64,000 bases of DNA from an uncultured Gemmatimonadales bacterium (GTDB lineage Bacteria > Gemmatimonadota > Gemmatimonadetes > Gemmatimonadales > GWC2-71-9): positions 57,780 to 121,779 of the forward strand of contig CAVSQW010000017.1 of NCBI GenBank assembly GCA_963730185.1, written 5' to 3'. Under the pieces are notes generated by a model, which was not told the origin of the DNA, searched no databases, and saw nothing but the letters and a program-made list of their open reading frames with translations. Of this stretch, positions 10,479 to 19,235 are shown one piece after another (the stretch's first letter is position 1; the number at the start of each line of letters is the position of its first letter). The position numbers were made by a program, and so were the translations under genes.

Positions 10479-11396
10479 ATGAGTGATCCGATCCGATCTT
10501 CGCCGCGACCGATGACGGTGCTCGTTGCCAACGACCAAGAATGGACGGCCCGGTCATTGGAGACCATCCTCTCGGCCGACGGCTACTCGGTGGTCCGGGC
10601 CTTCACCGCGGCCCAGACTCGGGAAAAGGCCGCCGCGACCCGGCCGGATGCGTTCGTCCTCGACGTCCAGCTTCCCGACCTCGATGGGATGAGCCTCTGC
10701 CAGTCGCTCCGGCAGGACCCGCTGATTGGCCCGGCGGTGCCGATGCTGCTCACCACCGCCGGCCCCTCGGGCCGCCAGGAACGGATCGCCGCCTACCGGG
10801 CGGGTGCCTGGGAGTTCTTCGGACAGCCGTTCGACGGCGAGACCTTGCTGCTCCGACTTCAGGTGTATCTCGGCGCCAAGGCGGTCGTCGACGACCTCCG
10901 GGCGGAGAGCCTGCTCGACGATGCCACGGGACTCTACAGCCGTCGGGGTCTCCTCCGACGGGGCCGAGAGTTGGTGGCCGATGCGGCCCGTCGTCACGGA
11001 CGGCTGGCGTGCGTGGTGTTGCGCCCCGAGGTACCAGAGCTCGATGCGTCCCTGACAGCGGCCGAGGGACTGGCCCGGGGGATTGGCCAGTTCCTGCGGT
11101 CCTCGGGCCGGACCGCCGATGTGGTAGGCCGGGTTGGCCCACTGGAGTTCTGCGTCATGACCGCGGGTGCCGGTGACGACGACGTGCGGGGCTTGATTCG
11201 TCGCCTGAATGACGGGGCCGCTGAATCGCCGCTGCGAGACCTCCTTGGTTCCTCGCGGTTTGCCTTTCGGGCCGCGTTCTGCTCGCTGGCGGAGGACGAC
11301 GCGGGTCAGGCGGACCTCGAGATGGTGCTGGATCGAGCTACGGCGACCGTGCTCGGGATGGCCGGCGAATCACTGATCGCGACCGTGCCAGGCTGA
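10479..11396 (+). CDS. Response regulator receiver plus degenerate GGDEF domain
   Basis: REC: VLDVQLPDLDG; DATGLYSRR linker; GRVGPLEF in place of GGDEF. Confidence 0.82.
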   Translation: MSDPIRSSPRPMTVLVANDQEWTARSLETILSADGYSVVRAFTAAQTREKAAATRPDAFVLDVQLPDLDGMSLCQSLRQDPLIGPAVPMLLTTAGPSGRQERIAAYRAGAWEFFGQPFDGETLLLRLQVYLGAKAVVDDLRAESLLDDATGLYSRRGLLRRGRELVADAARRHGRLACVVLRPEVPELDASLTAAEGLARGIGQFLRSSGRTADVVGRVGPLEFCVMTAGAGDDDVRGLIRRLNDGAAESPLRDLLGSSRFAFRAAFCSLAEDDAGQADLEMVLDRATATVLGMAGESLIATVPG

Positions 11397-11426
11397 CCGA
11401 GTCGACGGCGAGGGGACCAAGACCAA

Positions 11427-11450
11427 ACGGGCCGGCGGATGCCGGCCCGT
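11427..11450. terminator. Hairpin between convergent genes
   Basis: ACGGGCCGGC-GGAT-GCCGGCCCGT, perfect 10-bp stem. Confidence 0.6.
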
Positions 11451-11476
11451 CGTGCGTTTCTAGGGCGGGGTAGCCG

Positions 11477-13903
11477 CTAGAGCGCAGAAGGCAGTGGGGG
11501 CTGAGGCCGTTCCACGGCCGACTCTTCGATGGTGGATTCGGGCTCGGAGGTGTACTCGTACGCGTAGTACTTGTACAGGCCGCGGCCGACCTCGATGTGG
11601 TTCAGGACGGCGCCGATCACGCGGGTCGGCAGCCGGGTCAACAAGCTGAGCTTTGCCTCGGCCAGCTGGCGATCGGTCTCACCGGATCGGAGGACCACGC
11701 ACACGGCGCCGGTGACGGTCCCGAGGATGAACGGATCGACCCCCGCCCCGAGTGGCGGGCTGTCGACGATGATCGCCTGGTAGCGGTTCCGGAGCGACAT
11801 GATGAGGTCGGTCATCCGGCTCGAGCCCAGGAGCTCGGGGCCCCGGGTCATCCGGCTGCCCGAGGGCAGCACGGTGAGTCGCTCGTGCGCGGTCGGCCGG
11901 AGGACGGCGCTGGGGTCGATGCCGGTGTCGAGGTAGTCGAGCAGGCCGGGGCGGCGGTCGACCTGGAAGGTGCGATACTGCTCACCGCGCCGGGTATCGC
12001 CGTCGATGAGCAGGGTCTCGTAGCCGGCCTCGGCGAACGACATCGCGAGATTCGCCGACACCAATGACTTGCCATCGCCTGGGCTCGGACTGGTGAAGGT
12101 GATGACGATGGGATCGTCCGGTGGGAACGAGTGGGTCAGGTTGAGTCGAATCGAGCGGAACGCCTCGACGATCTGCGCCGTCTCGGTCGGCGGCATGACA
12201 CCTTGCGGATCGCGCCGGATCACGGGCACCGCCCCGAGGATGGTCAGACCGAGGTCGTGGGTCGCCTGTTCCGGGTAGCGGAACCGCTTGTCGAGGCGGT
12301 CCAGCAGAATGGCGAGGGCGAGGGCGAACCCGATGCTGCCGACCACTCCGGTGAGGATGATCTTCGGCGCCGTATTGGACGACGGCCGGCTCGGGGTCTG
12401 GGCCCGATCGAGGACGGTGACGTCCGGGGTGGCGCTGAGCTCGGCCAGCCGGGAGTCGGTGAGCCGGTTCTGAAGGTTCTGGGTGAGGTTGATCTGCGAG
12501 TTGGCTTCCCGTTGGAGCGTCTCTTCCGTCAGCGTCCGCACCGGGATCTGCTTGAGCTCCTGCGACTCGTTGTCGATCTCCTGTTGGAGCGCGGCTTCCT
12601 GGTTTTTCAGCTGCTCGACCAATCGCTGCGCGTACTCCGGCACGGTCTTGTTGCGGAGCTCGTCCAGGTTTGCCACCAGGTCCTTGACGCCCTTGTACTC
12701 GTCGGTGTAGCGGAGCCGGAGGGCGCGAAGCTCACCATCGGCCTTGGCCACCTCGTCGAGCACCCCGACCAGCCCTGGCGCATTCTTGACCGCTGGGATG
12801 GTGTGGAAGGCGTCCACCGGGACCACGCCTTCCTCCCGCCCTCGCTTCAGCACCGACTCGATCGCCTGGCGGTCCTTCTGGATGGCCGCCAGGTTGAGGC
12901 GCTGCTGGAAATAGTTCGTCATCACCGACGGCTGGGTCTGCACCAGCCCGGAGGGAATGGGGTACGCGTTCTCCCGAGGCTGCGTGATGGTGCGAACGCG
13001 GTAGTCCTGCAAGGAGGTCTGCGACTGGCGCATCGCCGAGTCGGCGCTCCTGAGCTGGGCCTCGAGGTCGGCCGTGATCTTGACCAGCTTTTCCTTCTTG
13101 AGCCGGGCGGCCACCGCGACGAACTGATCGAGGATGGCGTTGAGCACGTTCGCGGTCTTCGCTGCCTCGGTGCCGGTTAGTGACACGATCATGAACGTGC
13201 CCGTTTCGCCGGGCATGGCTGCCCTCATGGCGTCCTGGATCTGGATCGCGGCGTCGCGGGGCGACTGCACCGTGAAGCTGACCGTCCGCGCCTTTCCTAG
13301 GGCGCTGGCCGGCGGAGCCCAGAGGAAGCCCTGTCTGAGCCCGATGGAATCGCCGACGGTCCCGCTGTCGACCGCGATGCCCTGGGCCGAGAGCAGCGCA
13401 TATCGCCGTCCGGTCGCGTCGATCCGGAGGCGGAAGCGACCGGCGTAGATCCGGTCGGCGATGTCGAACCCGGCGAAGGCGGCGGAATCGGCCGGAGCAA
13501 CGGTCAGATAGGAGCGGGTCTGCCGGACCACCGGGTCGAGGACCGCGAAGCTGCGAATCAGTTGGATCCAGGAGTCGTCCTGCAGCAGCCCGGCGGGGCG
13601 GATGGGCCCGTTCTTGCCGCCACCGGTTTCGACGTAGATCGTGCCGCTGACGCGGTAGGCGGGGTCAATGAAGCGGGTCGCGGCGACGCTGCCGGCCGCG
13701 CCGAGGATCGCGATGGCGATGACCATCCACTTGTACCGGAACACGGCGCTGATCAGCCGGCTGATCTGGAGGCCCCCGCCCCCGCCCCCGTCCTCGCCTT
13801 CGGGCCCTTGCAGACCGCCGTAAGACATTGCGGGTTCGAGGGCCCCGGGCGGTACCGTGGCCAGTTGGTTACCGGCTTCTCCAGGCGGCAGTCGTTCGAT
13901 CAT
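11477..13903 (-). CDS. wzc: Wzc-type polysaccharide co-polymerase/tyrosine autokinase
   Basis: Two TM segments, coiled coil, Walker A SPSPGDGKS, IDGDTR, VDSPP, Tyr-rich tail YKYYAYEY; GAGGA RBS before ATG 13903. Confidence 0.92.
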   Translation of the reverse strand: MIERLPPGEAGNQLATVPPGALEPAMSYGGLQGPEGEDGGGGGGLQISRLISAVFRYKWMVIAIAILGAAGSVAATRFIDPAYRVSGTIYVETGGGKNGPIRPAGLLQDDSWIQLIRSFAVLDPVVRQTRSYLTVAPADSAAFAGFDIADRIYAGRFRLRIDATGRRYALLSAQGIAVDSGTVGDSIGLRQGFLWAPPASALGKARTVSFTVQSPRDAAIQIQDAMRAAMPGETGTFMIVSLTGTEAAKTANVLNAILDQFVAVAARLKKEKLVKITADLEAQLRSADSAMRQSQTSLQDYRVRTITQPRENAYPIPSGLVQTQPSVMTNYFQQRLNLAAIQKDRQAIESVLKRGREEGVVPVDAFHTIPAVKNAPGLVGVLDEVAKADGELRALRLRYTDEYKGVKDLVANLDELRNKTVPEYAQRLVEQLKNQEAALQQEIDNESQELKQIPVRTLTEETLQREANSQINLTQNLQNRLTDSRLAELSATPDVTVLDRAQTPSRPSSNTAPKIILTGVVGSIGFALALAILLDRLDKRFRYPEQATHDLGLTILGAVPVIRRDPQGVMPPTETAQIVEAFRSIRLNLTHSFPPDDPIVITFTSPSPGDGKSLVSANLAMSFAEAGYETLLIDGDTRRGEQYRTFQVDRRPGLLDYLDTGIDPSAVLRPTAHERLTVLPSGSRMTRGPELLGSSRMTDLIMSLRNRYQAIIVDSPPLGAGVDPFILGTVTGAVCVVLRSGETDRQLAEAKLSLLTRLPTRVIGAVLNHIEVGRGLYKYYAYEYTSEPESTIEESAVERPQPPLPSAL

Positions 13904-13967
13904 CGATTCCTCAACCAGGGCCTCACCACGATCGCGCCCGTCAACGAGCGCACGGTTCCGGGCCAGA

Positions 13968-13983
13968 TGCAAGGCCGATACCC
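13968..13983 (-). promoter_or_regulatory. Candidate sigma-54 promoter for wzc
   Basis: Minus strand GGGTATCGGCCTTGCA = GG-N10-GC with TTGCA. Confidence 0.62.
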
Positions 13984-14085
13984 AGCCGATAGCGACGGCG
14001 CCACCCGATCGAGGGTAGCCCGGCCGGGACCAGCCCGGCTATCTCAAGGTGCGGCTAGTTCGAGAAATATGGTAGTAGGCATCAA

Positions 14086-14125
14086 TGTTGCGTAGTGCCA
14101 ACAGTAGTGTAGTATAGAAGCATCA
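14086..14125. promoter_or_regulatory. Two phased 18-bp enhancer-like sites
   Basis: TGTTGCGTAGTGCCAACA (14086) and TGTAGTATAGAAGCATCA (14108), 22 bp apart. Confidence 0.6.
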
Positions 14126-14193
14126 CGGCCGGGCGTGCCGAACGGAGGGCGAAAGTGTTGCTGGATTCAAGCCGCGATGTCGTGGACAGCGTG

Positions 14194-14209
14194 CGGCACA
14201 CTTTTAGCC
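14194..14209 (+). promoter_or_regulatory. Candidate sigma-54 promoter for the regulator-kinase-wecB operon
   Basis: CGGCACACTTTTAGCC = GGCAC-N7-GC. Confidence 0.5.
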
Positions 14210-14234
14210 AACCGTCGAGGCGGAACAGCGCTCA

Positions 14235-15800
14235 GTGGAATCGCATCGACAGGCACGGACGATGGCAACACCCGGTGGGGCGGGCATGACCAAAGCCGAG
14301 GGGGCGGGGGGGCGCGACTCGGGTCCGATCCGGGATCCGCTCTCCATTCCGGGCGACGTCAAAGCCAGCATCAAGATCCTGGTGGTCGACGACGAACGGA
14401 CCTTGCGGGAGAGCTGCGCCAGCGTGCTGCAGATGGACGGGTACTCCGTGACCCTGGCGGGTCGCGGGGAGGAGGCCCTCGACTACGTCCGGAACCGCCG
14501 GTTCGACATCGTGCTGGTGGACCTGTATATGTCGCAGGTCTCCGGCCTGGAGATCCTGCGGGCGGCGCTCGAGATCAACCGCGACACGATCGTGGTGGTC
14601 ATGACGGGGAACCCCAGCGTGACCACGAGCATCGAGGCGCTCCGGGCGGGGGCGTGGGACTATCTGCCCAAGCCGTTCTCGGCCACCCACCTCCAAGTGC
14701 TGGTCGGACGGGCCTCCCATGCCGTGATGGTGGCCCGGGAAGCCAGCGACCTCCGGCAGCAGCTCCTCCATCAGCACAGTCATAGCGATGAGATCGCGCT
14801 GATCGGGATTTCGCCCCTCTTCCGGAAAGCGGTGGAGCTGGCCCGGAAGGTGGCGCCGACCGACGCCTCGGTGTTCATCAGCGGAGAGAGCGGCACGGGC
14901 AAGGAAGTCATCGCCCAGTTCATTCACCAGAACAGCCGCCGGAGCCGGAAGCTGCTGGTGCCGATCAACTGCGCCGCGCTGCCGGAGCCGCTCCTCGAGT
15001 CGGAGATGTTCGGCCACCGGAAGGGTGCCTTCACCGGGGCGGATCGCGACAAGCCCGGTCTGCTCGAGACGGCCAACGGGGGCACGCTCTTCCTGGACGA
15101 GCTCACCGAGATGCCGCTCCCGCTCCAGGCCAAGCTGCTCCGGGTCATCCAGGACGGCGTGGTCCGGCGGGTCGGCTCCGAGACGCAGGACGCCCAGGTG
15201 GACGTGCGGTTCATCTCGGCGACCAATCGCGATCCGCAGCAGGCGGTCGCGGACGGCATGCTCCGGGGCGATCTCTACTACCGGCTCCGGGTGGTGCCGA
15301 TTGCCCTGCCGCCGCTTCGCAAGCGGCCGGACGACATCTCCCTGCTCGCGAACCACTTCCTGACCGTCTACTGGAGCCGTCACCGGGGCATGGCGGACCG
15401 GAGCCCGCGGCTCAGCGACGAATGTCTGGCCTATCTCCGGTCGCGCCCCTGGCGCGGCAACGTCCGCGAGCTCCAGAACGTGATCGAGCACGTCGCGGTG
15501 CTGGCGGAGCCCGATCAGATGCTCAAGCCGGAGGACATCCCGGTGTATGACGATGGCGACGAGGCGGTCCGCGAGCCCGAGTCCGGCATGGTGCTGCCGA
15601 TGACGGACGAGGCCTACCATCCCGCCAAGGAGCGGGTGATCGCCCAATTCGAGCGGGATTACCTGACCCGGCTGGTCTCACGGGCCGGTGGCAACATGTC
15701 GAAGGCGGCGCGGCTGGCGAGCGTGGACCGGACGACCCTCTATCGCCTGATGGACAAGCACCAGGTGCTTCGGAGCGGGCGCGGGGAGTCGGACGGGTGA
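14235..15800 (+). CDS. Sigma-54-dependent response regulator (NtrC family)
   Basis: REC domain, GESGTGKE, GAFTGA, WRGNVREL, Fis-type HTH; start codon uncertain (14235/14262/14286). Confidence 0.95.
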   Translation: MESHRQARTMATPGGAGMTKAEGAGGRDSGPIRDPLSIPGDVKASIKILVVDDERTLRESCASVLQMDGYSVTLAGRGEEALDYVRNRRFDIVLVDLYMSQVSGLEILRAALEINRDTIVVVMTGNPSVTTSIEALRAGAWDYLPKPFSATHLQVLVGRASHAVMVAREASDLRQQLLHQHSHSDEIALIGISPLFRKAVELARKVAPTDASVFISGESGTGKEVIAQFIHQNSRRSRKLLVPINCAALPEPLLESEMFGHRKGAFTGADRDKPGLLETANGGTLFLDELTEMPLPLQAKLLRVIQDGVVRRVGSETQDAQVDVRFISATNRDPQQAVADGMLRGDLYYRLRVVPIALPPLRKRPDDISLLANHFLTVYWSRHRGMADRSPRLSDECLAYLRSRPWRGNVRELQNVIEHVAVLAEPDQMLKPEDIPVYDDGDEAVREPESGMVLPMTDEAYHPAKERVIAQFERDYLTRLVSRAGGNMSKAARLASVDRTTLYRLMDKHQVLRSGRGESDG

Positions 15801-16873
15801 TGAGCGCCGGGTTGGACCAGGGTCTGGCGACCCTGCTCGAGGAGGCGACCCGCCGGGTCGCGAGCGGCTGGACCTCGGTGCGGGAGGACGCGGCCTCGGC
15901 CGAAGAGGTCGGCGCCCTGGCCGCCGACCTGGCCCGGGCCGTGGTGGCTCGGGTCGGGGCCGACGAACCGGGCCCGGTGCCGGCCCGATCGCAGCTCGCC
16001 CGGCGAGTTCTGGGTGAGCTCCGCCGCCTCTTCATCCTGCTGGTGCAGGAGCGGGCCGTGGCCGTGGAGGCCCCCACCTTGGTCCGGATGCTGGTGGGCT
16101 TCGAAGAGGTGGCCGCGGACCTCGAGCCGGCCTGGGACCAGCGCTTTACCGACCGACTCTCCGGACCGGACGGACTGGAGCTGGTGGTCGAGGTGGCCCA
16201 CGACCTTCGGTCGCCGCTCACCTCGATTCTCTTTCTGGCGGAAACCCTGCAGCGCGGCCGGAGCGGCGAGGTGACCCCGCTGCAGGAGCGACAGCTCGGC
16301 CTGATCTACAGCGCCGCCTTCGGGCTCAGCTCGGTGGCGAGTGACGTGATCGAGCTGGCCCGCGGCGGCGACCGGCTGGTCGACCTCGAGCCGTTGCCGT
16401 TCTCGGTGGCCGACATCTTCGAGTCGGTCCGCGACATCGTGCTGCCGATTGCCGAGGAGAAGGGGCTCGAGGTCCGGATCACGGTGCCCGAGCGGACCTC
16501 GCGGATCGGGCACCCGGTGGGCCTCAGCCGGGTGCTGCTCAACCTCACGACCAACGCGCTCAAGTTCACCGATCAGGGCTACGTGGAAATGCACGCGGCC
16601 GAGGCGGACGACGGCGTCCTGCAGTTCACCGTGCGCGACACCGGGCGGGGGATTCCGCCCTCGTCGATGGCGATGCTCTTCGAGCCGTTCCGGCGCCGCC
16701 AGAAGGACCGCGACTACGCTTTCTCCGGGTCCGGGCTCGGGCTCTCCATTTGCCGGAAGCTGGTGGAGGCGATGGGGGGTGAGCTGCAGGTGGAGACCGG
16801 CCAGACCGGGACCCGCTTCTTCTTCGGCCTCGCGCTCCCCGAGGTGGATTCGGGCGCAATGCTTGGCGGATGA
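15797..16873 (+). CDS. Cytoplasmic sensor histidine kinase
   Basis: AHDLRSPL H-box, NLTTNALKFT, DTGRGI, GSGLGL; no TM segment. Confidence 0.92.
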   Translation: MMSAGLDQGLATLLEEATRRVASGWTSVREDAASAEEVGALAADLARAVVARVGADEPGPVPARSQLARRVLGELRRLFILLVQERAVAVEAPTLVRMLVGFEEVAADLEPAWDQRFTDRLSGPDGLELVVEVAHDLRSPLTSILFLAETLQRGRSGEVTPLQERQLGLIYSAAFGLSSVASDVIELARGGDRLVDLEPLPFSVADIFESVRDIVLPIAEEKGLEVRITVPERTSRIGHPVGLSRVLLNLTTNALKFTDQGYVEMHAAEADDGVLQFTVRDTGRGIPPSSMAMLFEPFRRRQKDRDYAFSGSGLGLSICRKLVEAMGGELQVETGQTGTRFFFGLALPEVDSGAMLGG

Positions 16874-16877
16874 CCCC

Positions 16878-18008
16878 ATGACCACGTTGCTGCACGTCGT
16901 CGGTGCCCGGCCCAATTTCATGAAGGCGGCGCCGGTGCTGGATGCGCTCGGGGCCCGATCCGGGGTGCGTCAGCTGCTGGTCCACACCGGCCAGCATTAC
17001 GACCACGCCATGAGCGACGCCTTCTTCGAGGATCTCGGCCTCCCCACGCCGGACGTCAATCTCGGGGTGGGATCGGGCACCCACGCGGAGCAGACCGCCC
17101 GGATCATGCTGGGCTTCGAGCCGGTGCTCGACGAGCATCGCCCCGAGTGGGTGATCGTCTACGGCGACGTGAACTCGACCGTGGCCTGTGCCTTGGTCGC
17201 GGCCAAGAAAGGCGTCCGGATCGCGCACGTGGAGGCGGGCCTCCGGAGCCGCGACTGGACCATGCCCGAAGAGGTGAACCGGGTGGTAACCGACCGGCTG
17301 GCCGATCTGCTGCTCACCCCGAGCCGGGACGCCGACGAAAACCTGCTGGCGGAGGGCGTGCCGGCCCAGCGGATCCGGTTCACGGGCAACGTGATGGTCG
17401 ACACCCTCTTCCGCCTCCTGGCCAAGGCCCGGCGGCTGGAAATGGCGGCCAGCCTCGGCCTCACCCCGGGGGGCTATGCCGTGGTGACCCTGCACCGGCC
17501 GTCCAATGTCGACGAGCGGGCGCCGCTGGCGGAGTTGATCGGGGGGCTGGACGATCTGAGCCGCCGGATGCCGGTCTGCTTCGCCGTGCATCCTCGGACC
17601 CGGCGACGGATGGCGGAGTTCGGGGTGGCGCCGGCGTCGGATGCGGTCCGGCTGGTCGACCCGCTCGGCTACCTGGAGATGGTGAGTCTGGTGGACCAGT
17701 CCGCCCTGGTTCTCACCGATTCGGGTGGTCTGCAAGAAGAGACGACCGCATTGGGCATCCCCTGCCTGACCGCTCGGCCGAACACGGAGCGCCCGGTCAC
17801 CATTACCGAGGGAACCAACCGACTGGTGTCGTCGTCGCGCGCCGCGATCGGCGCGGCGGTCGAGGTGGCCTTGGCCCCGTCATCCGGTCGCCGGGCCGGA
17901 CGGCCCCGACCCGAGGGTTGGGATGGGCAGGCCGGCGTTCGGGTGGCGGCCGCCCTCCTCGACGAGGACGTTCCCGCGGTCGGTCTCCCGCTCCCGGCGC
18001 CCGCCTAA
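16878..18008 (+). CDS. wecB: UDP-N-acetylglucosamine 2-epimerase (non-hydrolysing)
   Basis: GARPNFMK, HTGQHYD, HVEAGLRS, TDSGGLQEE. Confidence 0.96.
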   Translation: MTTLLHVVGARPNFMKAAPVLDALGARSGVRQLLVHTGQHYDHAMSDAFFEDLGLPTPDVNLGVGSGTHAEQTARIMLGFEPVLDEHRPEWVIVYGDVNSTVACALVAAKKGVRIAHVEAGLRSRDWTMPEEVNRVVTDRLADLLLTPSRDADENLLAEGVPAQRIRFTGNVMVDTLFRLLAKARRLEMAASLGLTPGGYAVVTLHRPSNVDERAPLAELIGGLDDLSRRMPVCFAVHPRTRRRMAEFGVAPASDAVRLVDPLGYLEMVSLVDQSALVLTDSGGLQEETTALGIPCLTARPNTERPVTITEGTNRLVSSSRAAIGAAVEVALAPSSGRRAGRPRPEGWDGQAGVRVAAALLDEDVPAVGLPLPAPA

Positions 18009-18985
18009 CCGTCCATCGAATCGAGCAGGGCCGCGGTCCGGTCGATGCCCTCGCGCGGCGCGACGGTCGGCCGCCATTCGAGGGTCCGCTCCAGCCGGGC
18101 CACGGCCACGGGCTGGTGGCTCATCTCCTCCGCCAGTTGGGGCAGATCGCCGAACCCGAGCCGTTCGGGGGCGATGCCGAGGGCGGAGGCCCCGATCTCG
18201 ATGAAGTGGCGAACCGGGGTCAGCACCCCGGTCGCGAGATTGAGGACCGGCGGCACCCGGGCTTCGGAGCACCCGAGCCGGACCATTCCCTCCGTGACGT
18301 CTCCCACGAACGTGAAGTCCCGGGTCTGGTCACCGGCGGAGAACGCGATTCGCTCCGAGCTCTTCCGGCCCGCCAACAGGGTCGGCAGCAATCGGCCCGG
18401 ATGCTCGCCCGGTCCGTAGGCCGTGAAGATCCGCGCGACCGTGCCGGGAAGGCCCCGCTCCGCCGCCCCGACCACCCATCGGGTCCCGGCCAGCTTGGTC
18501 CGGCCGTAATCGGTGGTGGGAGCGGGAGGGGTTTCTTCCCGGAGATCGCCACCCACCGCGCCGTACTCCAACGCCGAGCCGGCGTGCACCAAGGCCAGCC
18601 CGGTCCAGGCCGGGTCCCGCCGGCGGGGAAGGGTCTCGGCGAGGCGGCGAGGCACGTCCTCGTTGAGGGCCCGAGCGAGCGACGGGTCACGCTCCCCGCG
18701 GTCGATGCCGTACCCCGCCAGATTGAACACCACGGCCGGCCGGACCTCGGCCAGCAGGTGCTCGAGATCGGCCTCGCGGCCGAGGTCGAGGGGGACGATC
18801 TCCCCGTGAGCGCCATATCGGTCGAGCGTGGGGCGCCCGGTGGCGAACTCGCGGACGGCGAGCCAGGTTCGGGCGCCGGTGGGCGCGAGGTGCCGAGCCA
18901 CCCAGCGGCCGATGAATCCGGAGGCTCCGAGCACGACGATCCGGGCCCCGAGGTAGGGTCCGAGGTGGTTTGGGGTCGGGGTCAT
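18005..18985 (-). CDS. NAD-dependent epimerase/dehydratase
   Basis: GASGFIG, YGRTK, YGPGE, RDFTFVGD. Confidence 0.9.
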   Translation of the reverse strand: MTPTPNHLGPYLGARIVVLGASGFIGRWVARHLAPTGARTWLAVREFATGRPTLDRYGAHGEIVPLDLGREADLEHLLAEVRPAVVFNLAGYGIDRGERDPSLARALNEDVPRRLAETLPRRRDPAWTGLALVHAGSALEYGAVGGDLREETPPAPTTDYGRTKLAGTRWVVGAAERGLPGTVARIFTAYGPGEHPGRLLPTLLAGRKSSERIAFSAGDQTRDFTFVGDVTEGMVRLGCSEARVPPVLNLATGVLTPVRHFIEIGASALGIAPERLGFGDLPQLAEEMSHQPVAVARLERTLEWRPTVAPREGIDRTAALLDSMDG

Positions 18986-19235
18986 GCCCGGTCTCCGATG
19001 GGGTCTCGCATGGGGCTCCCGAGCCGGGGGGGCTCCCCCCCTGCTACCGGAAATGGTTGTAGTGCCTTAGTTTACTGCCGCGTACCGCAGACGGGGAGCG
19101 GCACTGGGCCGCCCCCGACATATCTCCCTCAAGCGCCCCGATCGGGGTTCCCGAGCCGAATCCCCGCGACCGTAAGGACGGTGCGGTGAGCGGCGGGAAC
19201 TCAAGCCTTTCGGGGCTCGTGGAGCCAACGACGAC

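Noticed and set aside
1..19000. PEP-CTERM target proteins of the exosortase
   Set aside because: No ORF ending in VPEP-TM-basic tail seen in the window
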